Assembly: GCA_024346625.1 (NCBI GenBank)
Contig: AP024664.1
Location: forward strand, 3,286,001-3,350,000
DNA: 64,000 bases
Origin: Williopsis jadinii
Lineage: Eukaryota
Direction of reading: 5' to 3'
This document shows positions 42,943 through 54,890 of this stretch, piece by piece (the stretch's first letter is position 1; each line of letters begins with the position of its first letter). The position numbers and the translations under genes were made by a program. The notes under the pieces were generated by a model. The model worked only from the letters and a program-made list of their open reading frames with translations. It made no database searches and was not told where the DNA came from.

Positions 42943-45900
42943 TCATGCCTCAACCCCACTGGCCAGCTCCTCCAATAGCTTGAAATCTCTCTTGACAATA
43001 CCACCGTTGCCTGGCAGCTTGGTGTTTCCTTCCAAGAACATATCAACCTCCCTAGCACATTGTCTACCTTCCTGGATACCCCAGACAATCAACGATTGTC
43101 CTCTTCTACAGTCACCTGCAGTGAACAAGTTCTCCTCAACCTGGTAGCTGGCATGGCTCTTGGTTGGAATGGTGCCCCTTGGTGTCTTCTGGACCTCCAT
43201 TTTGGCAACTTCTGGTCCAACAAATCCCATGGACAACAAAACGATATCAGCTTCGAAGATCTCCTCAGAGTTTGGAATCTCGTTCATTTGCCAAACACCA
43301 GACTCCGACTTCTTCCACTCGACTCTAACGGTCTTGATGGCCTTGACATGACCTTCGTCATCACCGATGAATTCCTTAGAAAGGATACAGTATTCACGTG
43401 GGTCCTTACCGTAGTGGTCCTTAACCTCGGAATGACCGTAGTCCACACGGAAGATACGTGGCCATTGAGGCCATGGGTTGTCTCTGGAACGTTCTTGAGG
43501 TGGTTGTGGTAACAACTCAAAGTTCACAACAGATGCAGCACCGTGTCTAACAGCAGTACCGATACAATCGTTACCAGTATCACCACCACCAATGACAATC
43601 ACCTTCTTGCCTTCCAGCTTGGAACGAATCTCTGGCAAGTAGTCATCGAGCAAAGCCTGCGTGTTATTCGTCAACAGAGTCATGGCAAAGTCAATGTTCT
43701 TCAAGTCACGGCCTGGGATCTTCAAATCTCTTGGAATGGTAGAACCAATGGCCAAAATAACAGCGTCGAAATCTGTCTTCAAATCGTTGACATCGTCAAT
43801 CTCGGTGTTGCAGACAAACTCAACACCTTCAGCCTCCAACAAATCGGTACGACGCTTAACGACAGATTTGTCCAACTTCATATTTGGAATACCGTACATC
43901 AGCAAACCACCTGGTCTATCGGAACGTTCATAAACGGTGACAGAATGGCCTGCCTTGTTCAGTTGGTCTGCGGCAGCAAGACCAGCTGGTCCAGAACCAA
44001 CAATGGCGACTCTCTTACCACTACGAACACTTGGTGGCTTTGGCACAACCCAGCCTTGCTCGAAGGCATGATCGATGATCAAACGTTCAATGGACTTGAT
44101 GCCAACAGGCTCTTCAATGATACCTAAAACACATGCACCTTGACATGGTGCAGGACAGACACGGCCAGTAAATTCTGGGAAGTTGTTGGTCTCAGAGAGT
44201 TTCTCCAATGCAGCTCTCCATTGGTCATTGAAAACAAGGTCGTTGAACTTTGGAATAACGTTGGAAATTGGACAACCAGTGTCAGACTGACAGAATGGAA
44301 CACCACAGTCCATACAACGAGCAGTTTGGAACTTGGCATCCTTCTTGGAGATGGCCTTGGATAGCTCCTTCCAATCTCTTGTACGCGATTTGGTGGATCT
44401 GTAGGTCTCATGACGTTGCTTGTACGTGATGAAACCACGGAGCTTATCAAGCTTCTCAACCTTCTTCTCTTCAAAGGCTTTGTCAGTGATGGAGTCTTCC
44501 AAATCCAAGATCTTTGGCTCTCTCAAAGTTGACTTGATTGAAGTTGCATGGGTCTTTTTGATATCTCCATTGGTAACATCAGCATCTGGGTCCAATCTTT
44601 GGAACGACTTCAAGAATGTCTCAGACTCCAGCTTCTTCAACTCTTCAACCTTCTTCTTCTCCTCCTCCAACACCTTCTTATAATCAGTTGGCAAAACTTT
44701 GACGAAAGAGGAGAGATAATGGTTAAAGTTCTTCAAGATACGATCAGCAAGCTCGGAGCCAGTGTAATGAGAGTGCTCTTCGATCAAACCCTTGACGAAT
44801 GCAATCTCCACAGGATCCGTTAATCCAGATAATCCAACAGTTTCGTGGTTGACTCTTGAGCTAAACTCTTTGAAATCAGAGACCAATACATAGGCAATAC
44901 CACCAGAAGCACCTGCAAAAGCGTTGGTAGACTCCATATGAGACAAGACAACAACACGACCACCAGTCATGTACTCAAAGGCATTGTTACCCTTGATCTT
45001 CTCAACAACGATGTTGGCACCAGAGTTACGAACGGCAAAACGTTCACCAGCAGCACCGCTAATGAAAGCATAACCAGAGGTTGCACCATAGAAACAAGTG
45101 TTACCAACAATGACGTTTTCATAAGACTTGTAAGATGCTCCACGTGGTGGTCTAATAATCAATCTACCACCGGAGAGACCCTTACCAACATAATCATTGG
45201 CATCACCTTCCAAGTAGAAGGTGACACCAGAGGTCAAGAACGCACCAAACGATTGACCAGCAGAACCCTTAATGTTGACGACAACAGTATCTTGTGGAAG
45301 ACCATCCTCACCAAACTTTTTAGAGATACGGTAAGACAATGAAGCACCAAGGGCACGGTCAGTGTTGATAATGTTGGCATCAATACTAACTGGAAGACCT
45401 TTATCCAATGTGACTTCGGCTTCATCGATAAGCTTGTTATCCAAACGAACGTGCAACTTGTGATCTTGTTTCTTCACAAATCTTGTTGGAACACCTTCTC
45501 TGATAGAATGAGCTGGTGTCAATATTGGAGAAAGGTCAATGTTGCAAGTTTTGGTATTGCGATCCTGTCTGGCTCTAAGCTTCTCAGAGTGGCCAACCAT
45601 CTCATCAATGGTTCTGAAACCAAGACGGGCCATGATCTTTCTAAGATCGTGGATCAAGTAGTAGAAAAAGTTGATAACGTGTTCAGGAGCACCTTTGAAC
45701 TTCTCTCTCAATACTGAATCTTGGGTAGCAATACCAACAGGACAAGTGTTCAAGTGACACTTTCTCATCATGATACAACCCATGGCAATCAATGGGATAG
45801 TGGCCAAAGTGAAAGACTCAGCACCCAATAAGACGGCAACAGCGATATCGAAACCGGTTCTCAATTGACCATCAGTTTGCACAACAACGTTTCCTCTCAA

Positions 45901-48900
45901 GTCGTTCAAGACAAGAGTCTGGTGGGTCTCAGCAAGACCCAACTCCCAAGGAAGACCAGCGTACTTGATACCAGTCCATCTGGAAGCACCAGTACCACCA
46001 TCGTGACCGGAAATCAAAATGTGGTCAGCCTTGGCTTTGGCGACACCAGAGGCAACAATACCAACACCAACCTCTGAGACCAACTTGACAGAGATACCTG
46101 CTCTTGGGTTGGCACACTTCAAGTCATAAATCAATTGCTTCAAATCCTCGATAGAGTAAATATCGTGATGTGGTGGTGGAGAGATCAAACCAACACCAGG
46201 AGTGGAATGTCTAGTCTTTGCAATGGACTTAGAGACCTTGTGTCCTGGAAGTTCACCACCTTCACCTGGCTTAGCACCTTGAGCCATCTTGATTTGAATC
46301 TCATCGGCATCGGACAAGTAATGAGAAGTAACACCAAATCTAGCAGAGGCAACTTGTTTGATAGCAGATCTCATTGTATCACCGTTCTCGTTAACCAAGG
46401 AACGCTCTGCATCTTCACCACCTTCACCACAGTTAGACTTGGCCCCCATTCTGTTCATGGCAACAGCCAACGTGGAATGGGCCTCCATAGAGATGGAACC
46501 ATAAGACATTGCACCAGATGCAAAACGACGAGCAATCTCGGTCCATGGTTCAACCTGATCTATTGGGATTGCGGTGGAGTTCTCGAAATCTAATTCGAGC
46601 AAACCTCTCAATGTACAGTCTTTGATAGCTTCGTACTCCTTTTTAGCATACAGGTCAAAAGCTTGCTCATTCTTGTTTCTGACAGCATCTTGCAAAGAGG
46701 CAATTGCAACTGGCTCATTGATGTGCTTTGGACCACCATCTCTCCAGTGATACTCACCAGTCTCTGGAAGACCCAGAGGCTTGACAATTGGTCTTGATGG
46801 GTAGCCTCTCTCGTGCAAGGAGAAGGCATCCTGAGCAATGTACTCAAAAGTAACACCACGAATTCTTGAAGCTGTACCGTTGAAACAAACATCAATAACA
46901 GAGTTATCGATACCCAGTGCCTCAAAGATTTGGGCACCCTTGTAAGAAGCCAAGGTAGAGATACCCATCTTGGACATAACCTTATAGATACCACCATCAA
47001 CAGCGTACTTATAATTCTCAATGATCTTCTCATCGGAAATCTCATCTCTGATCAGACCTTCGTGGTTCATGCGCACAAGTGTTTCCATAGCCAAGTATGG
47101 GAACACAGCATCGACACCGTAACCGAGTAAGACACAGAAGTGGTGGACTTCCTTGGCCTCACCAGTTTCCAAGACAATGGCAACCTTAGAACGTTGTTTC
47201 TGGCGAATCAAGTGATGGTGAATTGCACCGACAGCCAGCAATGAGGAGATGGAGACACGGTCAGGTCCAATTGCACGATCACTTAAAATAATGATTTGGT
47301 GTTCATCATAGATGGCATCAGAAGCCTCCTGTGTAATACGTTCAATGGTGTTCATGTAGCCCAAGAGACCCTCAGACTTTGGGAAAGTAATGTCAATGTT
47401 TGCCACAGTCCATGAAGGAATGATCTGAGAAATATTTTTGAGAGCTTTGAACTGAGCTGGTTTCATGATTGGAGACTCGAGAAGAAGTCTGTTACACTGG
47501 TTGGCATTCATTTCCAACAAGTTAGACTGAGGACCAATAAAACATTTCAAAGACATAACGTTCGCCTCACGAATTGGATCAATTGGAGGATTCGTAACCT
47601 GAGCAAAGAGTTGACGGAAATATTCGAATAGCAAAACAGGGTTCTCATTCAAACAAGCCAATGGAGCATCGTTACCCATGGAACCCAATGCCTCCTTACC
47701 GCTTGTGGCCATTGGAACAAGCAAAAGGGACAACTGTTCAAATGTGTAGCCAAAGGCCTGTAATCTCTGATCAGTTTGGGTGGTTATAGAACTGTCAACC
47801 TCCGTGTTGGATCCCAAGGAGATGTTTTTGGACTCAAACTTAGTGTACAAGTCATCGAACTTGATCACCTTTGCCAACCAAGACTTGAAGTCAACCTTGC
47901 TCGAGATCTTATTCTTCAACTGTTTGTTATCAACAATCTTACCCTCCTTGGTATCAACAAGGAGCATGTGGCCAGGTTCCAATCTACCCTTTTCAATCAC
48001 CAAATCCTCGTGAATTGGAATGACACCAACTTCAGAACCACAGATGATACGGTCGTCAGAAGTGATGTAGTAACGACATGGTCTTAAACCGTTTCTATCC
48101 AATGTAGCACCACAGTAACGGCCATCGGTGAAGTTGAAGAGAGCAGGACCATCCCATGGCTCCATCAAACAAGCAGCCCATTGGTAGAAGGCCTTCTTCT
48201 TAGAATCCATGTTTTCATCATTCTCCCAAGCCTCTGGGACAAGGAGCATAACTGCTTCAGGCAAGGACAAGACACCGTTGATCACCAAAAGTTCCAAAAC
48301 GTTATCAACTGCAGCAGAATCAGAACCACCTTCTTCAATGATTGGATAAAGCTTCTCCAGCTCGTCTCCAAAGAGAGCGGATTCCATGACACCTTCTCTT
48401 GAGCGCATCCAGTTTTTGTTACCTCTTAAAGTGTTGATCTCACCGTTATGAGCCAACCATCTCAGCGGTTGAGCTCTGTCCCAAGATGGGAAAGTGTTTG
48501 TAGAGAAACGAGAGTGGACCAGTGCGAAATGGGACTCAATGTCTGCGTTGTTCAAATCATGGTAGTAGTTGTAAACCTGAGCTGGTGTAAGCTGGCCCTT
48601 GTAAACAATAAGCTTGTTGGAGAGGGAGCAGATGTAGAACCAGTTTTGCAAGCCGATCGAGTTTGTAGCTTGCTTACGTAGCAAGTACAGTTGCTTCTGG
48701 AACTGCTTATCGTACTTATTCTCAAACTCTTCCAGTGAGAGCTGGACACCAACAAGCTCGGAGAGCACAACAACTGGCTGGAGAATGATTGGTTCACGGG
48801 ATAAAGCGACTGAGCCCAGAATCGAGGAATCATGAGGAACCTCTCTCCATGCCAGCACAGAGAGGCCCAAGTTTTTGGCAATTCTTTCAAACGTCTCCTT

Positions 48901-49320
48901 AGATTGGGACAGGATGGTGGTATCCTTCTTGAAGAAGATGTTACCGGTAGCGTACTGGCCCTCGCCTGGGATATCGACATCACAGAGGTACTTAAACTCC
49001 TTTGTGAAGAACTTGTGACCAATGGACATCAAGATACCGGCACCATCACCGTTGCCGTCAGAAGAGACTGCACCTCTGTGTGTCATGTTACAGAGCAAGA
49101 ATCTCGCATCAGACACAATCTTGTGGGACTTCACTCCCTTGATGTTACAGACAAAACCAACACCGCATGCATCTTTTTCATCCTCTGGGTTGTACAGGCC
49201 TTTGGCAATAGGCAAAGCGCTGGCCCAGGACTTGTTCTCCGGGACTTCGTCGTAGGAGTAAACGTGGTCGGAGACGTACGTCTCCTCGTCAAAGGAATCA
49301 ATCTGTCGAAGAGAAGCCAT
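42943..49320 (-). CDS. GLT1: NADH-dependent glutamate synthase (fused alpha/beta)
   Basis: DACGVGF Ntn cysteine, HSRFSTNT, HNGEINT, AQGAKPGEGG, CHLNTCPVG, CMDCGVPFC, GSGPAG. Confidence 0.98.
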   Translation of the reverse strand: MASLRQIDSFDEETYVSDHVYSYDEVPENKSWASALPIAKGLYNPEDEKDACGVGFVCNIKGVKSHKIVSDARFLLCNMTHRGAVSSDGNGDGAGILMSIGHKFFTKEFKYLCDVDIPGEGQYATGNIFFKKDTTILSQSKETFERIAKNLGLSVLAWREVPHDSSILGSVALSREPIILQPVVVLSELVGVQLSLEEFENKYDKQFQKQLYLLRKQATNSIGLQNWFYICSLSNKLIVYKGQLTPAQVYNYYHDLNNADIESHFALVHSRFSTNTFPSWDRAQPLRWLAHNGEINTLRGNKNWMRSREGVMESALFGDELEKLYPIIEEGGSDSAAVDNVLELLVINGVLSLPEAVMLLVPEAWENDENMDSKKKAFYQWAACLMEPWDGPALFNFTDGRYCGATLDRNGLRPCRYYITSDDRIICGSEVGVIPIHEDLVIEKGRLEPGHMLLVDTKEGKIVDNKQLKNKISSKVDFKSWLAKVIKFDDLYTKFESKNISLGSNTEVDSSITTQTDQRLQAFGYTFEQLSLLLVPMATSGKEALGSMGNDAPLACLNENPVLLFEYFRQLFAQVTNPPIDPIREANVMSLKCFIGPQSNLLEMNANQCNRLLLESPIMKPAQFKALKNISQIIPSWTVANIDITFPKSEGLLGYMNTIERITQEASDAIYDEHQIIILSDRAIGPDRVSISSLLAVGAIHHHLIRQKQRSKVAIVLETGEAKEVHHFCVLLGYGVDAVFPYLAMETLVRMNHEGLIRDEISDEKIIENYKYAVDGGIYKVMSKMGISTLASYKGAQIFEALGIDNSVIDVCFNGTASRIRGVTFEYIAQDAFSLHERGYPSRPIVKPLGLPETGEYHWRDGGPKHINEPVAIASLQDAVRNKNEQAFDLYAKKEYEAIKDCTLRGLLELDFENSTAIPIDQVEPWTEIARRFASGAMSYGSISMEAHSTLAVAMNRMGAKSNCGEGGEDAERSLVNENGDTMRSAIKQVASARFGVTSHYLSDADEIQIKMAQGAKPGEGGELPGHKVSKSIAKTRHSTPGVGLISPPPHHDIYSIEDLKQLIYDLKCANPRAGISVKLVSEVGVGIVASGVAKAKADHILISGHDGGTGASRWTGIKYAGLPWELGLAETHQTLVLNDLRGNVVVQTDGQLRTGFDIAVAVLLGAESFTLATIPLIAMGCIMMRKCHLNTCPVGIATQDSVLREKFKGAPEHVINFFYYLIHDLRKIMARLGFRTIDEMVGHSEKLRARQDRNTKTCNIDLSPILTPAHSIREGVPTRFVKKQDHKLHVRLDNKLIDEAEVTLDKGLPVSIDANIINTDRALGASLSYRISKKFGEDGLPQDTVVVNIKGSAGQSFGAFLTSGVTFYLEGDANDYVGKGLSGGRLIIRPPRGASYKSYENVIVGNTCFYGATSGYAFISGAAGERFAVRNSGANIVVEKIKGNNAFEYMTGGRVVVLSHMESTNAFAGASGGIAYVLVSDFKEFSSRVNHETVGLSGLTDPVEIAFVKGLIEEHSHYTGSELADRILKNFNHYLSSFVKVLPTDYKKVLEEEKKKVEELKKLESETFLKSFQRLDPDADVTNGDIKKTHATSIKSTLREPKILDLEDSITDKAFEEKKVEKLDKLRGFITYKQRHETYRSTKSRTRDWKELSKAISKKDAKFQTARCMDCGVPFCQSDTGCPISNVIPKFNDLVFNDQWRAALEKLSETNNFPEFTGRVCPAPCQGACVLGIIEEPVGIKSIERLIIDHAFEQGWVVPKPPSVRSGKRVAIVGSGPAGLAAADQLNKAGHSVTVYERSDRPGGLLMYGIPNMKLDKSVVKRRTDLLEAEGVEFVCNTEIDDVNDLKTDFDAVILAIGSTIPRDLKIPGRDLKNIDFAMTLLTNNTQALLDDYLPEIRSKLEGKKVIVIGGGDTGNDCIGTAVRHGAASVVNFELLPQPPQERSRDNPWPQWPRIFRVDYGHSEVKDHYGKDPREYCILSKEFIGDDEGHVKAIKTVRVEWKKSESGVWQMNEIPNSEEIFEADIVLLSMGFVGPEVAKMEVQKTPRGTIPTKSHASYQVEENLFTAGDCRRGQSLIVWGIQEGRQCAREVDMFLEGNTKLPGNGGIVKRDFKLLEELASGVEA

Positions 49321-49325
49321 CGTTT

Positions 49326-49411
49326 CTGTACAGAGAGGATAACGTTGTTAGCAGACTTAAAGCAAAAGACAAGCACGGGACACAATGCGCACACGCACTG
49401 GCAGCACTTAC
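49326..49411 (-). other. Probable 5'-UTR intron of GLT1 (86 nt)
   Basis: GTAAGT donor at 49411, TGCTAAC branch at 49353-49347, CAG acceptor 5 nt before the ATG. Confidence 0.75.
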
Positions 49412-51934
49412 AGTAGTTGTGCAATACACTAAACGACTATGGTTTGTATATCTTCTAAATGACTCTTCTTAGAGATCGATCTAAATTTGGAAAGAGGGAG
49501 GAAAGAAGGAAAGAAATTTTTCCATTCAAGGTGAGCACAGTTTTGGAGGGAATCGGTGCTGGTTTTATAGATTAGATCACCAGCTCGTGGGAATTGGACG
49601 CAATATTTGAAACCATGCACGGTGACGGCGAAATGCAACAACAGCAGGAAATCTCGTCTTTCTCTGTGGGAGTAAAATGGGATTCGCAAAGCAAAAGGAG
49701 TAACAAACAGGTTGACGTTTCCATCCAGTGCCCTTCAAGCTGGATACCTCTGGAAGTTCTTCACTGCCTGTCTGTTTGTCCTCCTGAACGTATTGAACTA
49801 AGTGTACGACCACCACCGGAGAGACTCGCAGGCAGAAGACGTTGATGGGCCCACGCGGAGCAGCCTGCACGAGAACCAGGCCACTGGATTTTCGTTCCAG
49901 GCTCGTTGTGTGTGTGTTTCCGCTGGCCTGGAAATTTCCCTGCCCGCTGCCTTGTGCCCAGGCAGCTGCCTCCCTCTCCCGTGTGATTCAGGAAAAAATT
50001 TGCCCTGCCTGGATAAAAACTTTCAGCCTGGCCGGCAGGAAGTGAGCGTGTCGGAATCTAAGCAGATGCACTGCGGGGTCGTGATAAGCAGGATATATCC
50101 AGCCAATCACAGGCGCGCGGATTACGCACACTACTTTCGGATTGACAATGACGTCGTCTAACTCCTATCAGCCCACATATCAGCGTTGGCGCAAGGAGAA
50201 ACAAGATAGCGATCTCTTAGGCGTATAGCAAACCCAAATGAAGACGGACTTAGCCACGACTGATGGAGATGGACAACTTATCACCGGTGTTGAGATGATG
50301 TCCATCTGCGAGCGAGGCGTGACCGTTGATGGTTCTCCCGCTGGTTGGCATGGTGGTGCTAAGAGCTTCTTGTGAACTAAGTGGGCACTGTTGAACGCTA
50401 CCGTAGGTGCACGCACTAGGTTAACACCACGCTCTACATTGTTTACTCATAAAGGAAATTCTATCCCCCTGTAATGAGCCCTTCTTCACCGCGTCATGCA
50501 CGGAATCAACTCAATTACGTCTAACCCTCGATGCACGACCGTTGTTTCCACAGCTCATTCATTGAATCTGGACACAGCGTAGACGGTTAAGCGTTCGGCA
50601 GTAGGGAAGTCTAGAAATTCCACTGAATTCTGGCGTTCAATAGGCTGTAGTGGGAGAAGGAAACTAGCCATGTAAGGCTTTGGTGTGTGTTTATGTAATA
50701 GACGGAGACCACTAGTGTGTGTATTTTTTAAGCAATCTACAAATGAGGCCCTCAATATTGAATATATCTAAGAATCGAGCACGTAATCACAGAGGTGTGT
50801 AAGCACTGGTTCGAGGCTACAATTGCAAATCTGGCTTTACTGTTGCAGACATGACCCCGTTTCCACAACGCATTTTTGCACCTGGATCTGGCCCGCAGAG
50901 AGTCATCAATGCTGGCACTTGAATGAATAGAGTTGAGCAACTTCGCTCAACCGTGGCAGCTGTGAAGTTCTCCAGGCTGACAACACATCGTGGCATTGAA
51001 TACTGTTGTGGAGTGTAACAAATCCTACCTCCCAGAGCTTAGAACGGTGTTTTTACGGTAAATATCTAACGATCACTTAACGTGAGACAGAAGCTCAAGC
51101 ACCATACATACAGCACAGGATGTGCAAAGCTCTACTATGTTTCTAAGCTAGCTTTACATGTTATAAACTGCTTCTCAGCATAATACCAACCGTTCCAGGA
51201 AGAACGTGAGCCCAACGACACGCACTACACCACATCACCGTGTCCATCTCTCAGTTGTGTCACTTTTTATTAACGCCATCGACAAGAACATCACAGTCCA
51301 ACGCTCAACCAGTAGCGCATTGGAAACTCTCGAGACGTACACATTAACACCGTGAGATCAGAAGCAAAGAACAAGCACTTCATGGGCAACGCTCCCTGTT
51401 AACCATTAAAGCCCTGACCAGCCAGCGCTACGACTTGGCTTATAGAAACGAAAGTCGGTTCGGAAGCTCGTTACTTGCCGCTTTGGCGTGGCCCGCCCAA
51501 ATGTATAAGCCTGGCGGGCCAAGTTGGTTGGCATGGTGACAGCCTCCTTCACGAAGGGCACCCGGACATTTCTGTGATGATTTCCCAATTTGCGCTCTTT
51601 GAGAGGACTTGATATCTTCTAGTGGTCCCAATTTAAAGGGTTCACGGCTCTTCTGAAAACAAGTTCATCTCCATCGCTACTGCTCTTTCTCTGGACAAGC
51701 ATCACTTAGCAATATCTCGAATTTGCTTCTTTATCTGAAGCATACACACATACACTTGTTTGAGTCAAATACAAGTACTGCATTACTGGCCCACGCCCCT
51801 CTCAGTCGGATAGATACAGTCTTGTGAGCTCTTTGCACATGTTCAATAAGGGGCATTAGCTACTTCGTTCTGGAACAATACATGGGAATAGACTTGATAA
51901 CGATTCGAAGGATACCACTGATACAAGAGAAACC

Positions 51935-54178
51935 ATGTTTTTGACGTTTAATGGGCTGAAAAAGTCGGTTGAGAAGGACTCTCCAGATGCCCAAAACGCA
52001 GGTGTGAATGGCTCAGCAACTGATGAATCCATAGTGCAAAACCTCGATGCCAACGCTGATAAGGCGACACGTTCGAGGATATTCAGATTCACAACAAAGA
52101 AAAGTAGAATGGGATGTATCACTTGTAAGATACGGAAAAAGAGATGTTCACAAGAGCGTCCAATCTGTGCAGATTGTCGTCGTTTGGGGAAGAACTGTGT
52201 CTGGGCTACAGATGAAATGACCAACGAGCATGTCAAACAACTCCGTCGTAAGGTGGAGGAAGAAGAGCGACGGTCAAAACGATTGAAAAGATGCGACAAT
52301 GAGCGCAAGATTCAGACCAACAAAACGTCTACAAACACTGTTGTTGTGGATGATGTTCATAATGACCGTGTGATTCAGACTCATCAAACAGACATTCCAG
52401 TGGAGGGCGATGACGATGATGACAATGATGACAATGAACTAAGGACGCTAGATACAGAATCACATGGCTCCTTTCAAACACCTGTGAGCACAAATCTTGC
52501 TAACTTCCCGGCAATCTCAACCAACCACGTCACTTCTCCTAGATTTGATTCATTGACATCGAAATCATTGTCACCTTTTGATAACTTCCAAGAGTTTCAA
52601 CAGCTCTTTGAGATGAACATCCGTAACAACTATTCGAACTCGCCGAAGCTGCAACTACTCGAGGATGAGTATGACGATAGCAATAAGAAGACCGATGATG
52701 ATACCCACAAAGATAATGATAATGATGAAAATGCGCTTGCGGATGAGGATGACAATGATGATAAAGTTAAGACAGCTCCAGGTGCAATGTCCAATGAACA
52801 TCGTGTGGTTAATACGCGATCACCAAGTCCATTCAACCTGGAGGCATTTCTTTCCACACCAAACATGGCATTCGAAATAACGAATGTATTCTCTAATATG
52901 CCGTCAGAGATAACATTAGACCCCATAGGTGCCACTCTGTTCGATTACTATAAAAATAAGCTCTCAAACATTGTTTCAATCGTACCTGCTGAGTCGAATT
53001 ACTACACAAATGTTTTTCTTCCAATGGCAATGGTTAACAAAGGTGTTCTTTACTCGATCATGGCCTGGGCAGGATACCACATGGGTGGTGATTTCGAAAG
53101 GGAAGGCACCAGATACATGGATAAGGCACTAGATTACATTAAACAAACCCCTATTGGATCTGATTCCGATGCGTTACAACGGCTGGCAAGCTTGTTGATT
53201 ATGTGTGCAGCGGAGATCTGTAAAGGAGACGTTACCAAGTGGCCAGTTTTCTTACAATGGGCCTCTAAGATAATCAAAGATCGAGGTGGTTTGTACAAGT
53301 TCAGACAAGATAAAGAACAGCATTGGTTGATTTCTAGTTTTGCATATCATGACATTCTTGCAAGCTCTGCAAGCGAAAGAGGAACATACTTCCCTGTTGA
53401 TGATTATGATAAGTTTATCGTCAACTGTGGATTTGGTGTTGACCCTTTGCAAGGTATTGTGAAACCATTGTTTAACATCATTGGTGAGATCTCCACATTG
53501 GCTACTGAGGCAAAGCGTTTACTGAAAATAAGTTCAAACTCCCTAGGTGATGGTATCATGCATGATGACGATGAAGATGACGACAATTGCAACAATAACA
53601 AAGATGAGGAATCTCCAGATATTCCAGGTATCGATACTCCAGATTCAGTTAACTCGGCTCAAGGTGAGAGGATATTCACAAAGTACTCTTCGCTTCTCCA
53701 GATCATGGAGAAAGCCAGTGCTCTTGAGAATAAAATCAATATCGTGAAACCAGACCCATCAGATTTGAGCGAGTTTGGCAACCATGACCTTGAGCTCCAA
53801 CTGACTCTGTTTGAACTGTTCCAATTCACTGCTAAGCTTCACCTGAGACAATCTGTTCTTCGGCTAAACCCATCGTCGCTAGAGACGCAGTTTATTCTGT
53901 GTGAACTTTTGAAATGCCTAGATATTGTTCTGAGATCGCCTGTTGAAGCTTCTCTTTGTTTCCCAATGTTCATTGCAGGCATGAACTGCACCACCAAGAA
54001 GGACCGTCGTATGATGCTTGAGAGATTTAACGACATCATACAAAGATATAGCTTCAAGAACCTAGAAAGGGCAAAGACGATCATGGAACAGGTTTGGATG
54101 ATCGATCCTTCCGGCACCAAATGTGTTGACTGGTACGAAATTGTCAAGAGACTAGGCTGGGACTTGAGCTTTGCCTAA
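51935..54178 (+). CDS. Zn(II)2Cys6 transcription factor with fungal-specific C-terminal domain, UGA3-like by position
   Basis: SRMGCITCKIRKKRCSQERPICADCRRLGKNC; YHDIL, DPLQG, FPMFIAG, CVDW; divergent from GLT1 like UGA3 in S. cerevisiae; start codon uncertain. Confidence 0.85.
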   Translation: MFLTFNGLKKSVEKDSPDAQNAGVNGSATDESIVQNLDANADKATRSRIFRFTTKKSRMGCITCKIRKKRCSQERPICADCRRLGKNCVWATDEMTNEHVKQLRRKVEEEERRSKRLKRCDNERKIQTNKTSTNTVVVDDVHNDRVIQTHQTDIPVEGDDDDDNDDNELRTLDTESHGSFQTPVSTNLANFPAISTNHVTSPRFDSLTSKSLSPFDNFQEFQQLFEMNIRNNYSNSPKLQLLEDEYDDSNKKTDDDTHKDNDNDENALADEDDNDDKVKTAPGAMSNEHRVVNTRSPSPFNLEAFLSTPNMAFEITNVFSNMPSEITLDPIGATLFDYYKNKLSNIVSIVPAESNYYTNVFLPMAMVNKGVLYSIMAWAGYHMGGDFEREGTRYMDKALDYIKQTPIGSDSDALQRLASLLIMCAAEICKGDVTKWPVFLQWASKIIKDRGGLYKFRQDKEQHWLISSFAYHDILASSASERGTYFPVDDYDKFIVNCGFGVDPLQGIVKPLFNIIGEISTLATEAKRLLKISSNSLGDGIMHDDDEDDDNCNNNKDEESPDIPGIDTPDSVNSAQGERIFTKYSSLLQIMEKASALENKINIVKPDPSDLSEFGNHDLELQLTLFELFQFTAKLHLRQSVLRLNPSSLETQFILCELLKCLDIVLRSPVEASLCFPMFIAGMNCTTKKDRRMMLERFNDIIQRYSFKNLERAKTIMEQVWMIDPSGTKCVDWYEIVKRLGWDLSFA

Positions 54179-54341
54179 CTAGTGAATTGATGTATACGCC
54201 TAAGAAGATATAATTACCACTACAATAGACACTTTTTTCGAAATACTGTACATGATGAGGATAGACTTTTAACTATGATATATACACAAGTGTCTCTCCT
54301 TTTGTTAATAAATAAGTGATGTGAGGTGCATTATAAGCTGA

Positions 54342-54890
54342 TCAGAGTTGACCTGTTATTTGTTCAGCCTTCTTCCGTTGTCCCTCTTTGCACTGTTGCA
54401 TGACATAGGCCATTCCTAGTCTTGTGTTCTTGATATTCTCCTGGAATCTACTGTGTGACCATGCCTCTATTCTGTTCTTCACTCCAAATCCCTTGAATCC
54501 AGAGCTGAACTTCACCCTGTAAGATACCCTTGTCATGTTCTCAGGCTCCTCATAACGGAAAGTGGTGTATTCCTCCACACGAATGATTCTGGTGTGGTCA
54601 AGGTTTCTCTGATATGCCGTCATCTCTTTGGTCTGTGGATCCAGCACAGTCTTCTCGACAATCCAGGAGTGGGATATCTTGCCCAGGAACGGTTTCACCC
54701 ATCTTGGTAGTTTCCCTCTCTTGCGGATAAGTCTCGTGGTATGAAGCTTCCCATCGATGACCTGACGGTCCACTGTGTCTACTGACTCAACATGCGAGGC
54801 ATATGGATTCGGATACTTGTTGAAGAACGCAAGCGTTGCTGTTTCAAAGTTGAAGTCGTAATCGTGTACTGTCTTGAACCAGAGAACCAT
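54342..54890 (-). CDS. UPS1: PRELI-family mitochondrial phosphatidic acid transfer protein
   Basis: FFNKYPNPYASHV, TTRLIRKRGKLPRWVKPFL, RNLDHTRIIRVEEYT; first ATG at 54890. Confidence 0.92.
   Translation of the reverse strand: MVLWFKTVHDYDFNFETATLAFFNKYPNPYASHVESVDTVDRQVIDGKLHTTRLIRKRGKLPRWVKPFLGKISHSWIVEKTVLDPQTKEMTAYQRNLDHTRIIRVEEYTTFRYEEPENMTRVSYRVKFSSGFKGFGVKNRIEAWSHSRFQENIKNTRLGMAYVMQQCKEGQRKKAEQITGQL

Noticed and set aside
50800..50820. GGTTCGA tRNA B-box-like sequence in the long GLT1-TF intergenic region
   Set aside because: No cloverleaf, A-box or T-stem pairing
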